Part shown: piece by piece, positions 13,805 through 26,000 of the stretch
Layout: the number at the start of each line of letters is the position of its first letter
Numbering within the stretch: the first letter of the stretch is position 1
DNA from: Styela clava
Taxonomy: Eukaryota
Direction: 5' to 3'
Assembly: GCF_964204865.1 (NCBI RefSeq)
Contig: NC_135261.1
Span: forward strand, 9,796,001-9,860,000
Length of the DNA: 64,000 nucleotides
Program-made: the position numbers and the translations under genes
Notes under the pieces: model-generated
Database searches by the model: none
What the model was told of the DNA's origin: nothing
What the model saw: the letters and a program-made list of their open reading frames with translations, nothing else

Positions 13805-14284
13805 TGCATGGCTCCACTACCTTGGGGACTAGACTTTTGTCACTATCGGTTTATACGGTTGAATTTTACGTACTCACGTAGTGTGTGTTCCAGTAGGTTA
13901 GAGTTAGGCGATAATTACATTCCGATTTTCCTATTTCGGTTCTATTACGAGTTCGAGGACTGTCTGTGTTAGCAAAGTGAATATACCTCCTGCCCATAGG
14001 CTTCTGCCCCTTTACACAACTTGATGTAAAGTAGGCGAATAAAATTAGTTACCTCCATATTGGTACACACTCTTCTGGAGCGCCGAATTGTGAGTTTCCT
14101 TCTGCATACAGTGCAATTACCTGCGACCGACAATTGCATTTTGAACTCTCATTATCTATTCATCCCATTCATATGTATAATCATGATAAACCATTTGGAC
14201 TCTTATTTATTTGTTAAAACTGGAGATTTAAAATTAACCAAAATTATCCTCAAAATTCTTGTTGTTGATGCCTTTATGGATTCA
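13805..14284 (+). repeat. Direct duplicate of 16431-16893
   Basis: Near-identical sequence from TGCATGGCT to GGATTCA, including unique flanks around an embedded interspersed repeat. The two copies give near-identical spurious ORFs (14060 and 16672). Confidence 0.85.
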
Positions 14285-16430
14285 TAGTCCGGCAGAATCG
14301 GGCCTTAACATTGTTTTGGGACATAAAGTTTTTTTTATTGTTTAGATATAATGTATATATATGACATATATAATGATACTCGGGTGGGTGTGGAGTATAT
14401 AATGTTAAGCAAATTTTTTTCAAGTGGATTTAAAGTATTCGGTCCAAGATGACGCACATCCTGAATCTTACCCAGGTAAAGTAAACATACAATGTTCAGG
14501 TTGTGCGCCATCTTGGTACGAATACTTCAGGAGCGCCTTTTTGTTAAAAATATTTATTCCATAACTACATGGTTTAGCTTTGCATACATAGTAACATTGA
14601 ATCTCCTTACAATGTCAGAAATTCAATTTTAGTAGAATAAATGGTAGTTTATTTCACTAATACAAGCCAAGACCCATCGACAGCATCTAACCACTTTCTT
14701 CTATTGCGCTCTTCAAACTACTTTTGCGTTGCCGCGCGCATTTCATTTTCCTAGTTTAAGCTTAGGGACTTGGGAAATATTTTATTAGTTGAATTGAATT
14801 GGAATATTTGACCTCGTCTTTCACTCCGAATAACAAGGCCATGTAAAACCATAAACTAGTATCTAAAGAGGTGTAACGTATTTTCTTTTGGAAGAACCGC
14901 AACTTTTCAGTGCTGCATTGACTTTGGCAAAATTAATAGATCCTTGTGGAGATAGAAGGTGAGGTATACGTATGCGAAACCGAGATGTGCACCTGTTATG
15001 CCAACATAGTTGAGTAAAACGTTTTGAATACTAGTACATCACACACATTTTCCTGCGAGCTTCGGTTGTACGTTGTAACGCGCACATTTTTGCGCACATG
15101 CATCAAATTCCACTTGATTATTGAGCTATAGGTGTTTGACGAGCGTTTGTGTATGATTTCATTCCATAGAATTTGTATGCTGTTCTAAAGAATAATAGTT
15201 TCAGCTTTTTCAACTATTCAAACCGCGTGTTGAAAGTAAGTTTTGCAATATTGCGTGTTAGTTTCCAACATCCTTAAATCGGTGATCCAGTAAATCTTTA
15301 ATACAAAAAGATCAGTAACATCAGCAATAAAAACAGCAGTACCCACTCAAATGACAGCTGGGGGATGGATACTCTTAGTATCTGCTCCATCGCGTGCCTC
15401 TTACAGTCTTACCAGTTTACATGAGTGCCAATTGGTATCTAAGCTCAGCCAGAGACAAAAAGTTTCGGACTGCAGTTGGTGTGACGAAATGTTTTTAAAT
15501 ATATATTCTACAATAAGATTATTTGATTGCATACTACTGAAAGTTCCGCCTTATATGTCTTTTCCCATTTCACTATTCCTTTACTGATATTCGATAATAT
15601 GACGCTCACCTGACATAGTTCTTAAAGTGTGTAGATGGGTATAATCTTTTCCACGCTGTTCAGAAGGGAATGCGCGAATATATATAAGAATTGCTAATAT
15701 TGGTTTGCAATGCGATGAAATCCCATCTTGGCATTTCTGCCTCTCGCAATTGCTGCGTAATGGGAGCATTTTTTCTACTTTTCTACTACTATCAAACCTT
15801 GACATTTTGTGAAAATTTTTTTCCATGCAACCTTTTTTTAAAACATCCCCAACAACCACAATTAATTCTGTTATTGAACTTCCGAAACAAACACATAAAA
15901 TGATCAACAGATGCATATCACCAAGTAGATATTGCTGAATTGATCTTTATTTTACCATTTTTCATGTAATTCTTTTTGGTAAACCTGTTATCTATCGTAA
16001 ATACAGCACATTTGACAATGTTGTAGTGTGACTTTTTGGCCTCACATTTTTGATATTTGTAGTTAGAGCTCTTGGGGCTCTGTCAAACAAAGTTACATAC
16101 AAAATATTGGTTGTAAATTGCAAAACATGATCATGTTGTTGGAATAATGTGGCATTTTACCACCCGTATATCATTCATTGTTGAGAATATTTATGAAATT
16201 TAAAAATCCGTTTTTGTGAAATTTTTGTTGTAGCTGAATTCCAGGGACAGCATGACAACAGGCAAGAGAAGCACGGTCGCCCTTTTTAGTTTATGACAGG
16301 GTTTCTTAGAAGGGGACCCCGTCCTTTTTGGAGGCCGCTGATCGGGTATCTGGGACCAAGAACAAACAGATGGAAATGCGAATATAATGAAAAGCATAGG
16401 CATGGAACATAGGAATGAACTACATTCCCA

Positions 16431-16893
16431 TGCATGGCTTCACTACCTTTGGGACTAGATTTTTATCACTATCGGTTTATACAGTTGAATTTCACGTACT
16501 CACGTAGTGTGTGTTTCAGTGGGTTTGAGTTAGGCGATAATTCTATCCCGATTTTGGTTCTATTACGAGGACTGTCTGTGTTAGTCAAGTGAATATACCC
16601 CCTGCCCATAGGCTTCCGTTCCTTTACACAACTTGATGTAAAGTAGGTGAATAAAATTAGTTACCTCCATATTGGTACACACTCTTCTGGAGCGTCGAAT
16701 TGTGATTTTGCTTCTGCATACAGTACAATTACCTGCGACCCACTATTGCATTTTGAACTCTCATCATCTATTCTTCCCATTCATATATAATCATGTTAAA
16801 CCATTTGGACTCTATTTATTTGTTAAAATTGGAGATTTTAAATTAACCAAAATTATCCTCAAAATTCTTGTTGTTGATGCCTTTAGGGATTCA
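16431..16893 (+). repeat. Direct duplicate of 13805-14284
   Basis: See partner copy. Its right part also resembles about 28990-29100, downstream of lipocalin copy B. Confidence 0.85.
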
Positions 16894-17167
16894 GTAACAA
16901 TTGATCAGATTCCTGTAAAATTGCGGAAAGAAAATTGAAATCAGATTTCCAGCGAATAGATATTAATAGAACATGGACAATTTACGATTTGAATGCCATG
17001 GACTGACTGCTCACTACTGATTAATTCATTGGTATAATTCCGTTGTAACGTTATGTACCAATATTTTAACCAGACCAGACAGAAGTAATATACTCGGTCG
17101 GACTCGGTAAAATATCTAACTATCAGTTGCTTTACTACTAATTATTCGTTCTGAACGAGGTATCGAA

Positions 17168-17207
<40 letters not shown>

Positions 17208-17260
17208 AACTACTTCTCACCTTTTGGTATTTCTAATTTGGGAAATTATGGTACATTTAA

Positions 17261-20057
17261 CTATAGTTTGGAAAAGTCTTCTATTGCTGGTGATGAAGAA
17301 CAGCGAGTTGCCAGGAGATTTCCAGTTACATTTAGGTCAACCAATGCTCGATGAATTTTCAAAATTCCCAGTGCCGTAGGATCGGGATTCGTTGTAAATA
17401 CAAGACTTATTTGTTTTTCTGCATAAAAATATGTCAATTGTCAACAACTAAACAGCATTTATCATGAAATGCGATATTTAGGAAGCGAATTTACTTTAAG
17501 AAGAGTATATATAGACGTTTTAGATGAAAAATAGTATTTTGTATTTTTCAAAAAATCGTTATAATGCAATTTAAAAATAAATTGGTTTGCTTGCATAAAC
17601 ATAATTGATATTGAAAATTTACTAACCTCCTGTATTTTTATTACAGGATACGTTAATTAAATAAGTAGAGTAGTCCGATGCCATGATGTCTATTGCTATT
17701 TGCATCTTCATTTCTTTGACTGAAAATAAATAGACTCGTATCAAGATCGATAAAAAGTTGAAAATACATTACATCAGCCCTGCAGCTACGATATTAAATA
17801 GATAATAATATTTTATATTGCTTGACGCTACAGCTAATTTGTAAGTCAAGCATTTCTATATATGTGCCAGAAGAAATGTTTGATGTTCACGATTAAAATG
17901 TTTCTTATTCTTAAATTTAGAATTACCATAGCTTATAATGTATAACTTACGCTCAGTTCGGGCTTTTTCGTTCGATTCATTAGAAGATAACTTTGATCCA
18001 GCTTCCACAATACTATCGTTTACTATGCAAAGCATAAATTTAAATAGTTCGTCAGTACACAATTAATATATTATATAAATCTTTTCATATTAAGAATTGG
18101 AAAATTAAATCAATTAAAAACGTCATTTATACCGATAAGCCACTGTTTTTATTTGAGAGTATATATATATTGTAAAACAAAAGCTCATAAAATAAAATCA
18201 CTGCTCATGTTTAATGGAGGTTTTCTGTTTAAACTATGCTAATATTTGAACAAGTTTGCCTGCTACCTATAAAAAAACAGTTTATCGAAATGAATTTTGA
18301 ATCGGTATGTCTTACCCGAGGTCCAATAGTAAATGCCTGGCCCCTGACCGGCATGTTTTAGTGAAAGTTCGTAGTCTTCTGGAGGATTTCTGAATTAATG
18401 CAAAAATTTTAACTGTGCGTAAATGCAATAACTGTTTGTAACAATGATGTACATGCCCACAATTAGTTGTCTACACTGGATAAAAATGCCTACATAGTTT
18501 TAATCACCTGGTTTGCATATGTTAAAGGTCAAATTTCACCCCTATTGCGATGAAATTATGAAAATAGTCATTCACTCACTATAAGATCTACAGTAAATGT
18601 TTATAAATTTAGATTACAATGCGTATTATGCATTTTGTCATCTTTCTGTTCTTGAATAGTTAGGATTTACTTTAGTACACTGGGTTTTTCTACTTAAATT
18701 ATGAAATCTAACACAAGTCTGTGAATATGGGGCCTCGGTCCAATTAAAGTATAGACGGTTTTTACCGCAGGCTTGTCCACGGGACATATTTTCCTGTCCC
18801 ATCCCATCCCATGGGATTCCCATTGAAATAAAATTAAATAAAAATTGTTGAATTTATTTTCAACGTCTACTAAATAGGACAACATGTACGAAGACAAATG
18901 CAAAACAACAAAATTTACGGACTTTGTTAACTTCATATACATAACTATTATACATGTGTCCATCAGCCCCTTCACGAAGTATATTGTTAATGCTAAATAT
19001 ATTTTTCTCTCTATAACTAACAAGAAAGCTATGCTCAAATATATGGACACGAAGTTCATAACTAAATGTTTTACCATCATTTCCCCGAAAATCATACGGT
19101 TTTCGTGTCCCACGTATACCATGAGAAATACAAATGTGTGCTATCCCATCCCATGGGACGTTGACAAGCCTGTTTTTTACACAGGGCAACGGACCTTGAG
19201 TTGGTAGGTTGCTTACTGTGTCAGACTCGTGGCCAGAGTCTTTTTCAGCGTTGCTAGTAAAACAGTCTGAAAAGTACAAACTACAGTCGGAACCATAGTC
19301 TGTTTCTTGACTGTTTCAGAATAGGATTTTCTCGAGCAATTCCTTCATTTTGTTGATTAATTATATAAACACAACACTTAAAATCTAGACTGAAGAATAC
19401 CTATGTGGCAACATAGTTAAAGGGTGCATACAGTATATAAAATCTTACAGACAAAGCCATGAATCTTACCCGTTATAGTAATAATTCTTTCCATGAAAAA
19501 CAGCGTAACTGTCGGGTCCTTCGCCAACAATTTTAACAAGTTGAGAAGCTTGGCACGAAACGACTTCAGAAAAGATAATATTCGGGGAGTAATATGACAG
19601 GAACCATACAGTAGGAACCTTTTGAGCACAACAAACAAAATAAAAGTCATCACGTGTTGAAGAAGAGGTACTCCCGTAGTGTGTGTACCAGGTTAAAAGG
19701 TTAGGCCATAATTTTATTCCTATTTTTCTTATTTTAGTTCTATTACAAGTCTGGGGACTGTCTGTGTTAGCCACGTGTATTTGCCCACAACTTCATGTAA
19801 AGTAGGCTAAATTAGTCTGGAGCAAACGGGTTGCCAATACTCATATATATATATATATATAATATTTATGTCGTAAAAATTCTAATTTCTTGTTTCGGCA
19901 TCTCATTTCGAATTTACTAATGTTAAATATAAACGTGAACTCACTTTTTTCCAGTCTATATCTGCTCTCGGAGTCATTCCACATTTTTCATCGTTAGCTA
20001 CTGCAGAGCGAATAGACATAGAAAAATACAACATAATAGTAATTTTAGAAGTTGCAT
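17261..20057 (-). pseudogene. Lipocalin (ApoD-like) copy A, with a net 7-nt deletion frameshift in exon 1; exons 20057-19945, 19618-19470, 18389-18316, 18022-17951, 17719-17627, 17418-17261
   Basis: Exons 2-5 match copy B in size (149/74/72/93 nt) and exons 2-6 are open: VPTVWF...VVSCQ...ASDYSTYLINVSC...VFTTNPDP...TRC. Exon 1 is 113 nt versus 120 nt in copy B, so the homologous ATG (20057) reaches TAG after 19 codons. An in-frame downstream ATG exists at 20034, so the gene may still be functional. Confidence 0.7.
18768..19172. mobile_element. MITE with TIRs CAGGCTTGTC...GACAAGCCTG in intron 2 of lipocalin A
   Basis: Terminal inverted repeats and subterminal CCCATCCCATGGGA motifs; absent from the matching intron of copy B; related copy at 2330-2690. 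Confidence 0.8.
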
Positions 20058-20764
20058 CCTTATTTTCGAAGTTGGTCACAACTGATGAATTCGACCACGT
20101 TCCTATGCATGGATCATTTACTAAGAATTCCCTGGGGCGTTAAACTTTGTATACCGTATCAAAGGACAATCCATATCAGATTAAACTAATGACTTCACTG
20201 AGTTCACTCCAAACAAAACTTCAAGATAACTGATACATACGTCAAGTATGCGAAGTTTTTCGGGATCATTTTACAAAGGAATTCAGAAGACCAACATTCA
20301 AAATAAACCGAGGTCATAAAGGTATTGCAATAGTACCTCAATATTCTCTAATCCCTCTTTCTTTATGTCTATAACCGCAAAGATTAAAAGCCATTAACTT
20401 GCGTTAGGGCGATCATTTGATCGGCGTTTGTTCTTTTAGAATTTAGTAAAATCAAGATATTTTCGAGTAAAAATTCCAGAGTTGTGAGACGGTGTTGGAT
20501 TATTTTTCTAGGAGCGGTTTGTCTGGGTGATTCGTAGACGAGAGTCAGAAGGAAATTTTTATTGAATCTATGGTTCTGCGTTTGTTAGAGAATATGAAAA
20601 TCAAATTTATGCATATCGCGCCATCACCACGCCTCTATTCGAAACAGAGGTTGAGCAATAATGCCACTCTTTGTTTCATTTTTTCGGAATAATCATCCCT
20701 AAAATGCATCAAAGTAAAATTACAGTATATAAATACATCACAACCATCACGGGACTGTATATAG

Positions 20765-21234
20765 CAGGGGTCGGCAAACTACGGCCCGCGGGCCAGATCC
20801 GACCCGCGGAACAATTTAATCCGGCCCGCGACGCTTTACTGAATTATATTAACAAAATATCTGTATTGACGATTATATTCTTTACGTAACATAATTTGTT
20901 TTGAAACACTAGATTCTATTATAACCTAACAAGTATATAATTCACAATTTATTCGTTCACTCGTTTAATGAGCCTATAAATTGAGTATAATTAGACAAAT
21001 AGCAAAAGAACTTAAAAAAGACTCTCTCACTCAGAACGCTGAGTGCAAATGGTTTAATGACGTTTCAAATAATCAGTCTTCGCGCGCTGCTTGAAATTTA
21101 ACTAAAATCTGTGTGAAAAAATGTGATTCATTCTCCATTCCCTCGGTTTTTAATATTCTAAAAATATGTGCGTCCCGTCAATTACTTGCAACCTTTAATT
21201 TGGCCCGCGAATGACAAAAGTTTGCCGACCCTTG
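20765..21234. mobile_element. Non-autonomous hAT (Charlie-like) DNA element
   Basis: TIRs CAGGGGTCGGCAAACT...AGTTTGCCGACCCTTG, subterminal GGCCCGCG motifs and a perfect 8-bp TSD GTATATAG (20757-20764 and 21235-21242). Confidence 0.92.
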
Positions 21235-22333
21235 GTATATAGGTATGATGCGTCTAACGGCAAATTGATGAGATATTCCTCCTCCAACAGGCATATCTGC
21301 ACCATGTGGAAGACAGTTTTTATCTGGTTGTTTAACATATAATTAGTGGTGGTGTAGACGCCAAATTTGGAGTGCCTTTAGCGCCCACACCAGGTGTATT
21401 TCTTAGATGGTCGATCTGTTTTAGTAAACTGATTTTGTCACTCCAATGCAAAAAGACGCGTACAACAGTACAAGTTGATGTCGTTTATTGTCAGGAAAGT
21501 ACAGGTGTATGAAGATACGTCGGTACGATGTTATAGGTATGATAATACAACAGTACGTGATTACGACAATACGTGGATACGAGAGTACGTCAGTACGAGA
21601 GTACATCAATACGTGTACGGGAAGTACGGCAGTACGGTTTTCTAAATAAAACAAACAATAATTACAACAAATAATGTGCCGGCAAGAAATAACTCGACAA
21701 TTGAAATCATTAACTAAACAAAATTGTACACATTAGAACTGAACTTAACATACGCAGGTTTACGCCAGTATAATAACAGTTGCGGCTGATTACAAAAGTG
21801 GTCATTATAGAACACGGTACAACCGAAATATTCCTTAAATATAAAAACAATAAACTGAAATACGTACTTGACAGTGTAGCTTTCAGCTTACAAAACAATC
21901 GACAGTTGATTGGGACAGTTATTGAAATTAAGTTAATGTTATTAAATCTAAATATACGAAAATACAATTAAAACCTTGGAACTACAAATCTCCAGACAAC
22001 GAAAACCTTGCACCACAAATCCCACAGTCCTGAGAAGGTCGAATCAAGGTACTGAAGCAGCGCGCGCAGCAAACGCGCACGGGGTATTATGATGTCACAA
22101 TCACTAAAATCTGTGAACGTATGTACCACCAGCGCCTCCAGTGGTAAACAACAAAAAATATAATGAAGCGAAAGAGGCAGTTTCATCCCGGCCCCTTAGA
22201 AATTGAGAATTTGCCATCCACAAATTTGAAATTTCTACACACTCAAAAACAAAATCACAAAATTTAAAAACGGAATTGATCTCACATACACACAATTCAA
22301 CTAGAGTCAAACGAAATGGGTTTTGCACACAAC

Positions 22334-23075
22334 TCAATCAGAGTCACTTGCACACAGAAGAATTAATTTAGTAATGGGCCTATCTAAGATTGAATGGTTG
22401 GTTTGCACCGTAGCAGAACGTACACGACCTTTGTTGTCGGGAAACGTTGCAATGATTCTACCCAACAGCCATGCATTTCTTGGCAAATTTTCATCCATCA
22501 CAAGTACAACATCATTCTTAGCTAAATTCCTTTGAACTTTGTTCCATTTTTGTCTTGTTTGAAGCAGAGGAAGGTATTGTCGTCTCCATCTTTTCCAAAA
22601 CACATCAGCTAAGTATTGTACTTGTTTCCATCTCTTACGAACATACAAGTCTTTAGCATCAAATACTCCTGGAGGAAGTATCGGTTCTTCTTTCAACAAC
22701 AACAAATTGTTCGGGCTCAAAGGTGTCAAATCTTTTGGATCATTGGATACAGTTGTTATTGGCCTTCCATTCACTATGGATTCACATTCACACATAAGTG
22801 TAATTAAGCTTTCATCAGTTAATTTTTGTTCTCTGCAAATAGCGTTGAAAATTTTTCTAATTGTTCTGATTTGTCTCTCAAAAACTCCACCATGGTGAGA
22901 AGCCGCTGGAGTTTGAAACAGCCACTTGATGTTCTTTTGCAGCAAAAACCTATGTATTTGATTCTGATTCCAAGTCTTGATAGAATTTCTCAATTCTTGT
23001 TCTCCAGAGACAAAATTTGTTCCATTATCTGATCTTATTTCAACTACTTGTCCTCTTCTTGAAATGAATCTTCTA
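22334..23075 (-). pseudogene. C-terminal part of BEL/Pao integrase, out of frame with the polyprotein
   Basis: RRFISRRG..IRSDNGTNF, ASHHGGVFERQIR, FWKRWRRQYL, RPITKL. The HHCC zinc finger and first catalytic Asp are missing. Confidence 0.9.
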
Positions 23076-26000
23076 ACTTGGATAATTCTGATATCCACTT
23101 TAGCCATTCCTGTTCACACTCTGGAGGAATTGAATCGTCCCATCCCAGCTTCTTCCTGCACAATCCTTGCATAAGGACCTTCATAGGTTGAATGACCGGC
23201 TGGCCAATGCCAAGAGGGTCAAATATTGAGTTCACAACACCCAGCATACCCCGTCTGGTAGCTGGTCGTTCAGTGTATTTAGTACTGAAACTTATTGTAT
23301 CTTCATTTGCGTTCCATATCATGCCAAGAGCTCGCTCAACAGGCAATTCATCTATAGAGATATCCAAACGCTTTGCTTCCTTCGATCGGTGAGCTTCTGG
23401 AATTGAGGCCAATACTTCACGGTCATTGCTCACCCATTTCGTCACTTCAAAACCACCTTTAGCAGCAATTTCAGTAACACTCTTTATATGTTGGAGGGCA
23501 CTAGCAGCATCCGGCTTAGAATCACAAAAATCATCAACATAAAATGAATCATTAATTGCATCAATCACACTTTGTTCAAAATCATTTTTGTTATCTATTG
23601 CAGTTTGTTTCAAAGCGAAGTTGCAACAACTTGGAGAGCACACAGTTCCAAAGAGAAAAACCGACATTCTATAAATTTTCATGGGTAAAGTGATGTCACC
23701 ATTTTCCCACCAGAAGAAACGGAGGAAATTTCTATCACATTCTTTCACCTTTACCTGATGAAACATGGACCGTATATCCCCTTGAACAGCTACAATATTT
23801 TTGCGAAAGCGTGACAAGACTCCAACTAAATTATTTGTTAAATCCGGCCCCTGTAACAGGATGTCATTAAATGAAATTCCTTCTGATTTTGCTGAGCAAT
23901 CAAATACAACCCTTAACGTTTTCTTCTCTGGATGACGAACTCCGTGATGGCTGAGGTACCAAGTCCTTCCTTCTTCTTCATTGGTATTCAGAACTTCTTC
24001 AGCATACCCCATTGTTATCATATTTGCAACAAAATCCTTGTATTCTGCATAAAATTCCGGTTCCTTGTGAAGACGACGCTTTAATGATTCTGCTCGCTGC
24101 AAAACTTGATATTTATTTGAGTGCAACTTAACATCAGGATTCTTCAATGGTAAACCTATTTCGTAATGTCCATCAGTTCTGAGCTTAATTGACTTACTAA
24201 CTTTGTCGAGAAAAACTTGTTGAATTGGTGAAACCTCATCTTTTTCATTAATTGCAGAATCAACAACATCTGCACACATTTGGCACAAAGGATTTAGTTG
24301 AGATTTGGTGAAATATGTAGAATTTTTGGTATTTCCATTTTTCGCAGGGCAGTTAACCATCCATCCAGCAATTGTCTTCGATGCAAAATAATTGTTTGGG
24401 CCATAAATCACTTCCAATGGTTTATGCAAACCAAGATTATCTTTGCCAATCAAGAGCTCCACATCACATTCTACTTTGGGTAGCACAATACCATTAAATT
24501 CTTTAAATTGATCAAGATCACTTTGTGTAGGGATATCTGTTTGATCAACACCAATTTGATCGTTTGAAAACAAGGGATTTAACCTTACATATTTTGACTC
24601 CTCAAAATCTGCCAGTTCGAGGTTCTTTATAACAGTGCATTGCTTGTGTTCCACGGTATTATTTATAGTACGAATGTTCAAATTTGTAACTGGTCCATTG
24701 ACCTTTAATTTATTCATTAGCGAATTGCTTATAAAAGAGCAAGTCGATCCATTGTCAAAGAATGCATTGGTTATAACAGCATTTCTTCTACCAGCTATGC
24801 GTACCTTAACAGGTACAACATTGAGCAAAACCTTTTGTTCGTCAGAGGCATTCAGGAATGCATTAAATTTGGTTTCAGACATCTGTGTCCTATAATCATT
24901 ATGTGTTTGTGTAGTACTTTCATGACTACTTGATGTAGGGACTTTTATTGGTTCCTTATCCGGAGGATGAAGAAGTGTTGTGTGTTTTCTTCTGCAGTTT
25001 GCATTTTTGCAAGGGTTGTTTCGTTTACATTCCCTGACCCAATGCCCAGATAATAAACATGAAAAACACAACTTTTGCTTTTTTACAAACTCCAATCTCT
25101 TATCATACGTCATGCCTCGAAATTCATCGCATTGATTTAAGTAATGATCTCCATCACATTTTACACATCTGCGTACAGGTCTATTATTATGAACTGTAGT
25201 TGCAAATGAGGATTTGTATGGCCTCGAGCCTCTTGTGGAAATAATTTGTTTTGATGTATTAAATTCGATAGAGGGAACATTGCATACTTCTCTAGTTTTC
25301 TTACGGACGTAATCAGCAAGATCCTCTATTGTTAGGTCTTTTTTCTTTATTTGTAGTACATTGTCCATCTTTGATAACCACCCAGATCTCCATTCAGGCG
25401 GCATTCTTAAAGCTATTTTTTCTATGGTCATAAGGGCAACATTTTTGTATTCAACCCCTATCAACGTATTTTTGCATGACATGATTTCTGCTGAATACAC
25501 AGTTAATGATTCTTTGTTACTCAAATTCAGTCGAGGACCATTTGCTATGGAATTAATGCAGGATTCGCCAATTTGAAATTTCTGACCATAAGTTTCTTCA
25601 AGTAATCGGATAGCTTCATCATAGCTATCTGTTCTGTGCTGGCATCCCTTAACCAAAGCACGAGCAGGGCCTTTTGTATATTGAAGAAGATAAACTAGTT
25701 TGTGCTTTGGATTTTGTAATCTGCTACCAATTACGGTTTCAAAAATATCAATGAAATCCCTATATTCACCTGCATTACCACAAAATACAGGGGGTTCAGA
25801 TGGTGGCAAACCTAAAGTTTGAGGCACATATATAACTTGAGGGTTAGCTGCTTGTTGATTCGAAATATTGTCATTCTGTGCATTTGCATTACTTGGTTGA
25901 CTGCCCACAATAGGCTTTCGAATTGAGCCAATATTCACTGAGTGCATTGCCTCTGCATTTTCAATTCTGCCAGGATTATCTATTAGTGTTGGTAATGTAG

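Noticed and set aside
14900-15916. ORFs at 15351-15916 as a gene or transposase
   Set aside because: No recognisable motif, frequent stops and no consistent splice structure.
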